Positions 45,724 to 54,177 of a DNA stretch of 64,000 nucleotides are shown one piece after another. Numbering within the stretch: the stretch's first letter is position 1; each line of letters opens with the position of its first letter. Source of the DNA: Anaerolineales bacterium (GTDB lineage Bacteria; Chloroflexota; Anaerolineae; Anaerolineales; UBA4823); the NCBI GenBank assembly GCA_035286585.1, contig DATEDC010000195.1, positions 4,139 to 68,138 of the forward strand, written 5' to 3'. The position numbers and the translations under genes were made by a program. The notes below the pieces were generated by a model, which was not told the origin of the DNA, did no database searches, and saw only the letters and a program-made list of their open reading frames with translations.

Positions 45724-48126
45724 ATGATAACGAAATCGCTCAGGATTGCTTTGTTAATTGCCGTCATCATAGCTCTCTACCCCGGCCCGGCTCGGGCGGA
45801 TGGGATCATCATCCCCGAGCCGCCGGTTTGCGTGCCGCGACCCTGCCCACCGCCGCCATGCCCCGGTCCCTGGCCCTGCCCACCCATGCCGCCAATCGCC
45901 CAACTAGTTATTCGCTATCATCGCGTTACTGTAGATATCCAGGATCAAATTGCCACCACCCGGGTAGATCAGATATTTTACAACCCGAACGACTGGCAGG
46001 TGGAGGGGGTTTACATGTTCCCCATCCCCGCTGAGGCGGCTGTATCCTCATTTTCATTATGGGTGGATGGTAAGCCAGTTGAAGGCCAAATTTTGGATAA
46101 AGACGAAGCGCGAGCGAAGTACGAAGAGATTGTCACCAGCATGCAGGATCCGGCATTGCTGGAATACGCTGACCGGGGAGCTCTGCAGGCGAGCATTTTC
46201 CCCATACCGCCAGGAGGCGAACGCCGGATTGAGCTGGAGTATTCGCAGGTGCTGCCTTACGATAACGGGCTGGTTCGCTATTCCTACCCGCTCAACACAG
46301 AGAAATTTTCCCTGTGGCCAATTGAAAATGTGACCATCAGTGTGAGCATCCGCGCCAGCACCACCTCGCTGCGGGCAATCTATTCACCCAGCCACGAGGT
46401 AGCGATCAGCCGGGAGGGCAATCGTTATGCTGCCGTAGGCTATGAGGACAGAGATATTCGCCCGGATAAAGACTTTGTGCTGTTTTATTCATTGGGTGAA
46501 GAGCAGGCCTTTCACCTGGTCTCGTATAGAGAACCGGATGGGAGCGACCCGGATGGGTTTTTCCTGGCCTTGATTGCCCCTGAGCCCGACGCCCCGCTGC
46601 GTGAGATATCCAAGGACCTGATCCTGGTGCTCGACCGCTCGGGCAGCATGGAAGGCGAGAAGTTCCAACAGGCGAAGCAAGCCTTAGGGTATATCCTGGC
46701 GCACCTGAATGGGGAAGATCGCTTCAATGTGGTCGCCTTCAGTACGGGGCTGGACGCATATAGGGATCATTTGCGCCCCGCGGAGGAGGCGAATGAAGCA
46801 ATATCCTGGGTGGAGCGCATGAGCGCCCAGGGGAGTACGGATATCAACCGGGCTTTGCTCGAAGCGGTGTACATGGTGGACCGTGAACGGCCAACCTACC
46901 TGATCTTCCTTACCGATGGCCTGCCAACCGAAGGTGTTGTCGACAGCCAAAAAATCCTCGCCAACCTGGAGGGGGCTGCGCCGGCTAACCTGCGCCTGTT
47001 TGCCTTTGGGGTTGGATATGATGTGGACACCTACCTGTTGGATTCTCTGGCCCAGGCTCACCACGGAACCAGCGTGTACGTGCGCCCGGAGGAACGGCTG
47101 GATGAAATTCTGTCGAGCTTCTACGCCCGGATCAGCACCCCGGTTTTAACCAATCTGTCGCTGGATTTTGGCGAGGTCGGCGTCTACGACACATACCCTG
47201 ACCCACTGCCGGACCTGTTTGCCGGCTCACAGATTGTACTGGTAGGTCGCTACCGCCGCCCAGGAACCACAACCGTGAGGCTGACCGGAGAAGTTGGCGG
47301 CGAGGTTCGATCGTTCCATTTTGAGGCGCAAGAATTCGTCAACCAGGCCTCGTTCACCGGCGTTCAAGCGGTCATACCCAGGCTTTGGGCGACCCGGAAG
47401 ATCGGTCACCTGCTGAACCTGGTAAGGCTGCACGGACCTGACGAGGAGACAATCAATCAAATTGTAAAACTGAGCATACGCTACGGCATCATAACCCCTT
47501 ACACCTCCTACCTGGTTACAGAGGATATGCCTTTCGGCTCGGCGGAGCAGGAGCGCATCGCCCAGGAGCAATTAAGCCAGATGCAAAGCCAGCCGGCTGC
47601 GCCGGCGTTCGGTCGGGACGCGGTCGAAAAAGCGGCTGGGCAGGGCGCTCTTGCCGGGGCAGAGGCGCCGGTTGAGCCAGAAAATGAGGCTGCCGAGGTG
47701 GTCCGAATCGTGGGCGCGCGCACTTTCGTGCTCGCTGATGGGGTCTGGATCGACACAGCTTATGACCCGGAGGCGATGGGAACTGTAAAAGTTGGCTTTC
47801 TGAGCGAGGATTATTTCGCCTTGATCGCTGCGCTGCCCGACCTGGGAGCTGGCTTCGCCCTGGGACAAAGGGTGATCGCCGTGGCAGCCGGGACTGCTTA
47901 CGAGGTGGTGGATTCACAGGCTGTTAGCGGGCCGATCCACATCCCAACGGCTCAACTGCCGCAAGCGATCGAGCAATCGCCAGAGATAGAGCCGGCGAGC
48001 ACGCTGTCCCCGCAATCAAACGATCTTCCGGAAGCAGCACCCACCTCAAATTGCCTGGGGAGCCTCGGGCTTATTGTGTTGGCGCTGATCGTTCCGCTCA
48101 TTTATCGACGACGCCAGGGTACATAG
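45724..48126 (+). CDS. Secreted VIT + vWA domain protein with C-terminal membrane anchor
   Basis: Signal peptide (ARA/D), VIT (F.NP...EG.Y.FP.P), MIDAS DRSGSM...TDG, LWA.RKI, TPYTS; C-terminal TM plus RRR. Confidence 0.9.
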   Translation: MITKSLRIALLIAVIIALYPGPARADGIIIPEPPVCVPRPCPPPPCPGPWPCPPMPPIAQLVIRYHRVTVDIQDQIATTRVDQIFYNPNDWQVEGVYMFPIPAEAAVSSFSLWVDGKPVEGQILDKDEARAKYEEIVTSMQDPALLEYADRGALQASIFPIPPGGERRIELEYSQVLPYDNGLVRYSYPLNTEKFSLWPIENVTISVSIRASTTSLRAIYSPSHEVAISREGNRYAAVGYEDRDIRPDKDFVLFYSLGEEQAFHLVSYREPDGSDPDGFFLALIAPEPDAPLREISKDLILVLDRSGSMEGEKFQQAKQALGYILAHLNGEDRFNVVAFSTGLDAYRDHLRPAEEANEAISWVERMSAQGSTDINRALLEAVYMVDRERPTYLIFLTDGLPTEGVVDSQKILANLEGAAPANLRLFAFGVGYDVDTYLLDSLAQAHHGTSVYVRPEERLDEILSSFYARISTPVLTNLSLDFGEVGVYDTYPDPLPDLFAGSQIVLVGRYRRPGTTTVRLTGEVGGEVRSFHFEAQEFVNQASFTGVQAVIPRLWATRKIGHLLNLVRLHGPDEETINQIVKLSIRYGIITPYTSYLVTEDMPFGSAEQERIAQEQLSQMQSQPAAPAFGRDAVEKAAGQGALAGAEAPVEPENEAAEVVRIVGARTFVLADGVWIDTAYDPEAMGTVKVGFLSEDYFALIAALPDLGAGFALGQRVIAVAAGTAYEVVDSQAVSGPIHIPTAQLPQAIEQSPEIEPASTLSPQSNDLPEAAPTSNCLGSLGLIVLALIVPLIYRRRQGT

Positions 48127-48342
48127 GTGGCTGAGAAATTACGGAAATGTTGGGCGTCAAGCAGCCAGATTAAAACGCGAATATCGGATTTTTAGGGTAT
48201 AATTCAGGCAGCACCAGGGGAATACCGCGGACTAGCTGGCATTTATTCGAGTATCTGATTGCGCACCGAAAATAATGTAGCGACGTTGCAATCTGGGGCG
48301 CAGCTAAAGCTATCCATGAGAGATTTGGTCGAGTAACAAAGC

Positions 48343-48371
48343 TTGTAGACAATATATTTGAATGCTATAAT
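48343..48371 (+). promoter_or_regulatory. rho promoter
   Basis: TTGTAG-N17-TATAAT with TG extension. Confidence 0.7.
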
Positions 48372-48522
48372 CCAAATATTAATTTTCCCCTGATTTTATT
48401 CACCCCTTATTGATCTTTTTACTTCTTAAATGGTGTATCTGTCGCCTGCCATCCGTATGGATGGGTCTCGACAGTTCAACCTGATTGAGTTAAGCTAACC
48501 TTACCACATCGAGAATAGGAAT

Positions 48523-49800
48523 ATGAAAGTACTAGAATTAGAAAACACTCCCCTTGAAGCATTGCGCCAGAAGGCCAAAGATTTAAACGTTCACAATGCG
48601 AACCGCATGAAGAAGGAAGATTTAATCCTTCGCATCCAGCAGGCTCAAGCCGAGATGGATGGAATGGAAGTTCGCGGCGGCATTTTAGAGATTATGAGCG
48701 AGGGGATCGGATTCCTGCGCTCAAGTCACTACCAGCCAGGTCCCTATGATATTTATGTATCTCAATCGCAGATCCGCAGATACAACCTCAGAAATGGCGA
48801 CCTGATCATTGGTCATGTCCGCCCACCGCGCGAGTCGGAAAGGCATTACGGGTTGCTGCGCGTGCAGAACATCAACGGCGTGGACCCAGAAGAAGCCCGG
48901 CACAGGCCAACCTTCGAATCGCTCACCCCAATCTTCCCGGAAATGCGTTTTGATTTGGAGACAGACAGACATACTCTAGCAACACGGCTGATCAACCTGG
49001 TTACCCCCATCGGACGTGGACAGCGCGGCTTGATCGTATCGCCGCCCAAGGCAGGTAAGACGACCATTCTCAAGCAGATTGCCAACTCGATCTCGACCAA
49101 ATATCCGGAAGTGCATCTGATGGTCGCCTTAATTGGTGAGCGCCCGGAAGAGGTTACCGACATGGATCGCTCGGTAGATGCTGAGGTGATCTCCTCGACC
49201 TTCGATGAGCCGGTAACTTCTCACGTGCGCGTGGCTGAGATGGTATTGGAGCGCGCCAAACGTCTTGTAGAAGTTGGTCGCGACGTGGTCATCTTGATGG
49301 ATTCGATTACCCGCCTGGCCCGCGCCTATAACCTGGTGGTCACACCATCGGGTCGTACACTTTCCGGGGGTATCGATCCATCAGCCCTTTACCCGCCCAA
49401 GCGTTTCTTTGGAGCTGCCCGTAACATCGAAGAAGGCGGGTCACTGACCATCATCGCCACCTGTCTGGTGGATACAGGCTCGCGCATGGACGATGTAGTC
49501 TACGAGGAATTCAAGGGGACAGGCAACATGGAGCTGCACCTGTCCCGCCGTTTGCAGGAACGGCGGGTGTTCCCGGCGATCGATATCGAGCGTTCTTCCA
49601 CCCGCCGGGAAGAGCTGCTGCTTGGTCCGGACATTACGCCCCGCGTCTGGCTCATGCGCCGGATGTATGACCAGATGGTTAGCTCTCCGCCGCATGGAGC
49701 CGGTTTAGATCCGTCTACAGCCACTGAAGCTATATTGCAGCGGTTAAGCCGTACACAGGGTAATCAGGAATTCCTGGAGACGCTGACCGAAGACAATTAG
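48523..49800 (+). CDS. rho: Transcription termination factor Rho
   Basis: GFLR, DIYVS.SQI, PPKAGKT, ERPEEVTD, DSITRLARAYN, EEFKGTGNME. Confidence 0.98.
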   Translation: MKVLELENTPLEALRQKAKDLNVHNANRMKKEDLILRIQQAQAEMDGMEVRGGILEIMSEGIGFLRSSHYQPGPYDIYVSQSQIRRYNLRNGDLIIGHVRPPRESERHYGLLRVQNINGVDPEEARHRPTFESLTPIFPEMRFDLETDRHTLATRLINLVTPIGRGQRGLIVSPPKAGKTTILKQIANSISTKYPEVHLMVALIGERPEEVTDMDRSVDAEVISSTFDEPVTSHVRVAEMVLERAKRLVEVGRDVVILMDSITRLARAYNLVVTPSGRTLSGGIDPSALYPPKRFFGAARNIEEGGSLTIIATCLVDTGSRMDDVVYEEFKGTGNMELHLSRRLQERRVFPAIDIERSSTRREELLLGPDITPRVWLMRRMYDQMVSSPPHGAGLDPSTATEAILQRLSRTQGNQEFLETLTEDN

Positions 49801-49814
49801 CCCCGGACCCCGGA

Positions 49815-50918
49815 TTGTCTGAAGATCATTTAGACCTCACCCCGCAGCCGAGCAAATCCAGCGGGATTGTCCCTATCATCGCCTGGTTTGGCGCGTTGAC
49901 CCTGGTCGCTGCGGCAGTCTACCTGGGCTGGCGCAGGAGCAGCCCGGGCGTTCCAGAGACGGCTATTGAACCGGCTGTTGCCCAGGCAGCTTTGGGGTCG
50001 GAAGCGATGGGTGAGACCGTCGAGTCTCTGCCTGAGACCACCTTTGCTGAAGGCAGCCTGGCAGTCTCTCGCAAAGCGATGGTGCATACCATCATACCTG
50101 ACAGGCCAAGCGAGGAGGTGCGGAATTATGTCGTTGTCACAGGGGATTCGGTTTTCGAGATCGCAAAAAACTTCAATATCAAGCCCGAGACCCTGCTGTG
50201 GGCAAATTACGATCTGCTGAATGATAACCCGGATACCATCTCCATCAGCATGGAACTCAAAGTGCCGCCTGTTGATGGGGTGTATTATCTCGCCCAGGAG
50301 GGGGACACCCTGGAAAGCATCGCCGTCCGCTTCGAAGCCAAGGTCGAGGATATTCTCAACTGGTCGGCTAATCAACTGGACCTGACCCAGCCAGAGATCC
50401 AACCTGGCACCTGGCTGATGGTCCCCGGGGGGCACCGCGAGTTTCGACAGTGGATCATCCCTGTAATCCCCCGCGGTAGCGCAGGCGTTTCAAAGTCTGT
50501 TTATGGCGCTGGCGCGTGCGAAGGCAGTTACGACGGCGCGTATGGCACCGGCGCGTTTATCTGGCCGGCTGGCAACCACTATCTCTCCGGGAATGATTAT
50601 TGGGGCGGGCACCTGGGCATCGATATCGCCGCCGGAGAAGGGGCTGCGGTATACGCTGCGGACAGCGGGGTGGTCGTATTCGCCGGCTGGGCAACAGGAG
50701 GTTATGGCTACACGGTCATGATCGATCATGGCAATGGTTATCAGACTTTATATGCCCATATGAGCAGCCTGCGCGCTTCTTGTGGGCAAAGCGTTGGGCA
50801 GGGAGGAGTAATCGGTTATGCGGGCAGCACCGGCGATTCAACCGGAGCTCACCTGCATTTCGAGGTGCGCTATTTTGGCGGCTTTGTCAGCCCATGGTAC
50901 GTACTTCCCGCGCCTTAA
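49815..50918 (+). CDS. LysM + peptidase M23 cell-wall endopeptidase
   Basis: N-terminal TM, two LysM, HLGID, YAHM, STGAHLHFE. Confidence 0.92.
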   Translation: MSEDHLDLTPQPSKSSGIVPIIAWFGALTLVAAAVYLGWRRSSPGVPETAIEPAVAQAALGSEAMGETVESLPETTFAEGSLAVSRKAMVHTIIPDRPSEEVRNYVVVTGDSVFEIAKNFNIKPETLLWANYDLLNDNPDTISISMELKVPPVDGVYYLAQEGDTLESIAVRFEAKVEDILNWSANQLDLTQPEIQPGTWLMVPGGHREFRQWIIPVIPRGSAGVSKSVYGAGACEGSYDGAYGTGAFIWPAGNHYLSGNDYWGGHLGIDIAAGEGAAVYAADSGVVVFAGWATGGYGYTVMIDHGNGYQTLYAHMSSLRASCGQSVGQGGVIGYAGSTGDSTGAHLHFEVRYFGGFVSPWYVLPAP

Positions 50919-50999
50919 AGGCTGCGCCAACCAAGGTATTAGCGCCCGACCGGCAACCTGCCGCTACGTTCGTGAAACCTTCTAAGTGAGGCGATTAAG

Positions 51000-51188
51000 A
51001 TGGCAAAATACGACCCTGAACTTGATACTGATATCATCGCGGAGACTGAAAACTACCTGGCCTGGCAAGCGGAGGAGCCAGATGGAGAAGTCACCTTCCA
51101 CCTGGAATTAAATAACGTCACCATCCATTTTTTCCGGGAGGAATGGGAGGAATTCTTGAAGCTGGTCCGGGCGATCCCTCAATCATGA
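51000..51188 (+). CDS. Small acidic hypothetical protein (62 aa)
   Basis: GAGG SD, ATG start, protein-like composition (IAETENY..W...DGE.TFHLEL..VT.HF..EEW). Confidence 0.7.
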   Translation: MAKYDPELDTDIIAETENYLAWQAEEPDGEVTFHLELNNVTIHFFREEWEEFLKLVRAIPQS

Positions 51189-51229
51189 TATCGATCGGTT
51201 AGTGCGAGCCAGCTTATCCTCAGGAGCGG

Positions 51230-52846
51230 TCAGGGCGCTATTTTTTCCACGTAGGGTATTACCCCCTGGCATGGGATGGTGAACTGCGAGCGCACCTCGT
51301 CCCAGAGCAAGCGCCTACCGTTGGCATTCCAGGCCTGATGGACCGCGTAGGACAAGCAACCCGGGCCGGCGTGGTAGTTCGCAATTGTCAGGCGCCACAG
51401 GTCCTGGTAATTGCTCACCGTCCCGGCGATTTTTCCCGTTGCATTATAAACAATCTGCGCTACCTGCTCGCAGTTCGCCAGCAATGTATTTGCAAACAAT
51501 GACACACTGAAATCCACGTTCGTCAGGTCTATCCCTTGCTGGCAGGCCGGGCAATCGGCTCTGGCTTGAGCGGCGAGCGCCCCGCGCAGCATGGCCTGTT
51601 CCTCAGGTTTCAAGTTTAGGTAGCCGCGTTTGCAGGTATCCTGGGCAAGGATAAGCGGGCATAACTGGTTGTAAAAGGAGGGGTCCCACTGCAGGATTGT
51701 ATCCGCGCCGTTGTCCGTGATTTGACCCAGGCCAAACTCATTTGGTACCCGGAACATGCCTGGCCAAAACTGGGATTCCTGGGCGAACAGGTTTTTCATC
51801 AAGGTTGCCGGGACACCGCTCTCCTTGGCGATTGCGATAATCCGGCTGTCGAACTGGTTTTGCCAGGTTTCCAACGCAGGCCTGGCAGTTTCTAAGCCAC
51901 ATGCATCGGCGTAGCCATTGGGTTGCAGTCCGCCGGTGGGGCAGGCGGAGGCGTTAACAACACCCTGGGCAATTAAGCGCCCAGCGAGATAATAATAGGG
52001 CTGGTTCGAGGAGAGCAAATTAGAGTGATCGGGGGTCGAAAGCCAGCCTGTCAACCCTCCAACGGGAGGGAACGCCCGCCAGGTCTGAGAACAACTGGCC
52101 AGCCGGGCGCCGCGCCACTGGCTGCTCAAGACATCCACATACCAGCCCGAGCCGCGCGGCACCGGCGATACCCCGCTTTCTATCACCCGCACCTGAGCTT
52201 TGAATGTGCGGCTTACATCACCATAGCTGGATTTAGCCACAAATTCTACTTCAACCCCCTCCGTCGACGTCACCCGTAATGGAATGGCGCAGGTGGATCC
52301 CTCACAGGCGAAGGGCTGGTTATTATACAGTCCCTCTATCGCAGTGATCTGCTCATTGGGCAGTGGCTCCTCGCCCGTCAGGAGCAATTTCGGTAATTTC
52401 TCGCAGCGATTCTGCGGGGGGACGGGCTCGCAGCCATCCAGACTGACCCAAACCTGGAGAGGCGGGAGGGTCACCAGCATCTCCTTTGTTTTGGGCGAGG
52501 AGGTGACCAGGTGTAAATATAACCCTTCACACGAACCGGTCTTCAAATTTCCTTTGAGAAGATTTTTGCAAGGGGGTGTAGCCAGCCATTGGGCTTGCAG
52601 GTCTGCACCGCAAGCCTTATACACCTCCGTGCTGGTGGGCAGCCCCTCATGATCGCTGAGGATTTGGCAGAGAATCATGTTGTCCGTCCAGCTCAGCAGC
52701 CACCACTGGTATTCGGTATAAGAAACAATGATCTTCGTTTGGCGAGTGGATGTTTGAGCGGGGGCGCGTTCATAGATCACCGCTGTCATGCCGATGAAAG
52801 CAAGTAAGAAACACGCGGCTTTAAAAATTCTTCGCGGCCCCTTCAT
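51230..52846 (-). CDS. Secreted Cys-rich protein with a C-terminal lytic transglycosylase-like domain
   Basis: Signal peptide; FAQESQF, GLGQIT, ANYHAGPG resemble SLT motifs; 19 Cys. Confidence 0.7.
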   Translation of the reverse strand: MKGPRRIFKAACFLLAFIGMTAVIYERAPAQTSTRQTKIIVSYTEYQWWLLSWTDNMILCQILSDHEGLPTSTEVYKACGADLQAQWLATPPCKNLLKGNLKTGSCEGLYLHLVTSSPKTKEMLVTLPPLQVWVSLDGCEPVPPQNRCEKLPKLLLTGEEPLPNEQITAIEGLYNNQPFACEGSTCAIPLRVTSTEGVEVEFVAKSSYGDVSRTFKAQVRVIESGVSPVPRGSGWYVDVLSSQWRGARLASCSQTWRAFPPVGGLTGWLSTPDHSNLLSSNQPYYYLAGRLIAQGVVNASACPTGGLQPNGYADACGLETARPALETWQNQFDSRIIAIAKESGVPATLMKNLFAQESQFWPGMFRVPNEFGLGQITDNGADTILQWDPSFYNQLCPLILAQDTCKRGYLNLKPEEQAMLRGALAAQARADCPACQQGIDLTNVDFSVSLFANTLLANCEQVAQIVYNATGKIAGTVSNYQDLWRLTIANYHAGPGCLSYAVHQAWNANGRRLLWDEVRSQFTIPCQGVIPYVEKIAP

Positions 52847-52928
52847 CTACTAAGAAAAATAACATGAGATGATATGCTTGTCAACACGCAAATCAGGCGC
52901 GCTTATCAAAAATGAACGTTATCCTCAC

Positions 52929-52957
52929 TTGCACAGGCTTAAGGCCCATGATACACT
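52929..52957 (+). promoter_or_regulatory. Sigma70-type promoter, leaderless for ORF 52964
   Basis: TTGCAC-N17-TACACT with TG extension, then ctaaaa-ATG; no SD. Confidence 0.75.
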
Positions 52958-52963
52958 CTAAAA

Positions 52964-54160
52964 ATGGCAGAATATTTGTTCCCCTGGCTGTCGGATGTCG
53001 ACCGCGCCGCCCAATACCTGGCCAGTCTATCACTGTCCACAGCCGCGCAGGCAGCCATGCTCATCCGGGCCGAACGGCTCTGGGCTTATGCTGGCGAACT
53101 CTCGCAACCTGCAATCGAGGAACTGCTCAAGGCTGTCCTCAGGAAGAACCCGGCTGCAGGCGAAAAGGATATTACCCAGGGCTTGGATATTGCCCAGGGC
53201 AAAGACTATGCCCAGTTTGTAGCCTTAGAGTCTAGCGGCAGCGAATACCTGCTTTATAGCACTCGATTAGATGAAGGCATGCTGCTGGCGCTGGCCTTTG
53301 ATATCGAAGTACCTTTCAGCAAAATCAGATTGCAGGCTAACCGCCTGGCGAACGCGCTTAAGGCGCCGCCTGGCACGGTCTCGCTCGACCAGGATGACTT
53401 GCAGCAAGATGAAGACCGCTCCCAACTCGGGTTGCAACCATTATTCCCTCTCGAAGAACTCCCCCCGCCTACTCCTGCTCTGGCCTCCAGGCCGAGAAAT
53501 GGAGAGGAGGGCTATACCAACTGGCAGCATGAGACAGAGAGCGACCCATCACGTTCTGAAGACGATTTGCCCGGTTCTATGAAGGTTGGCGGGTTTGGGG
53601 CTCGGGAGCAGGAGACCTCGTGGGGATTCCATAACCCATCTGCGGTGCCGTCTGGTAGAGATCTGTCTTCAAACTTCACCGCATTGGAAGAAGGTCCGTT
53701 GCCGGAGGAGCGACAGCCCCTCGATGGGGAAACGAATCTCGGGCTGCCCAAATACAAAGCCGTACAGCCGCAACTGGACATCGGTTATACATTTCTGCTT
53801 GTGCCGCGCATGCCCGCTCATCGCCTGTTGGGGGAGCTGGCTATTGCCCTGGAAGAGGATATGCGTCAGCTATCGATGGCATTCGGATGGCGGTTAGAGC
53901 GCATGGTGATCCAAACGGAAACCCTGCAGTGGGGAGCCAGGGTAACCCCGAGCACCTCCCCCAGCCGCCTGGTCCGCCTGATCCGCAAGCATACTTCGCA
54001 AAGGTTGTTTGCCCGCTTTCCGCAACTCGAACGCGATAACCCTTCCGGTGACTTTTGGGCGCCGGGTTATCTGGTGATGAGCAGCACCCGGCCTTTGCCG
54101 GCTCAGGTAGTCAAATCTTTTGTCCAGCAGACACGTTTAAATCAAGGAGCGTCTGCTTGA
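52964..54160 (+). CDS. Roadblock/LC7-like domain + acidic linker + catalytically dead IS200/IS605 TnpA (Y1)-like domain
   Basis: C-terminus Y.F.LVPR...LLGE...PS.SPSRLV..I...TS.RL..RFPQL...GDFWAPGYLV.S...VVKSFV matches the TnpA layout with HUH read as TLQ and Tyr as Phe; N-terminus LLY.....MLLALAFD..VPFSKIRLQA.RL. Confidence 0.75.
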   Translation: MAEYLFPWLSDVDRAAQYLASLSLSTAAQAAMLIRAERLWAYAGELSQPAIEELLKAVLRKNPAAGEKDITQGLDIAQGKDYAQFVALESSGSEYLLYSTRLDEGMLLALAFDIEVPFSKIRLQANRLANALKAPPGTVSLDQDDLQQDEDRSQLGLQPLFPLEELPPPTPALASRPRNGEEGYTNWQHETESDPSRSEDDLPGSMKVGGFGAREQETSWGFHNPSAVPSGRDLSSNFTALEEGPLPEERQPLDGETNLGLPKYKAVQPQLDIGYTFLLVPRMPAHRLLGELAIALEEDMRQLSMAFGWRLERMVIQTETLQWGARVTPSTSPSRLVRLIRKHTSQRLFARFPQLERDNPSGDFWAPGYLVMSSTRPLPAQVVKSFVQQTRLNQGASA

Positions 54161-54177
54161 GCGTTTATTGGTGAGAA

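Noticed and set aside
48198..48340. Possible small RNA after TATAAT at 48198
   Set aside because: No -35 box, recognisable family or terminator; may be only an upstream rho promoter
52964..54160. Active IS200/IS605 element
   Set aside because: HUH and Tyr are absent, and there is no tnpB and no visible terminal hairpin; reported as a domesticated candidate instead
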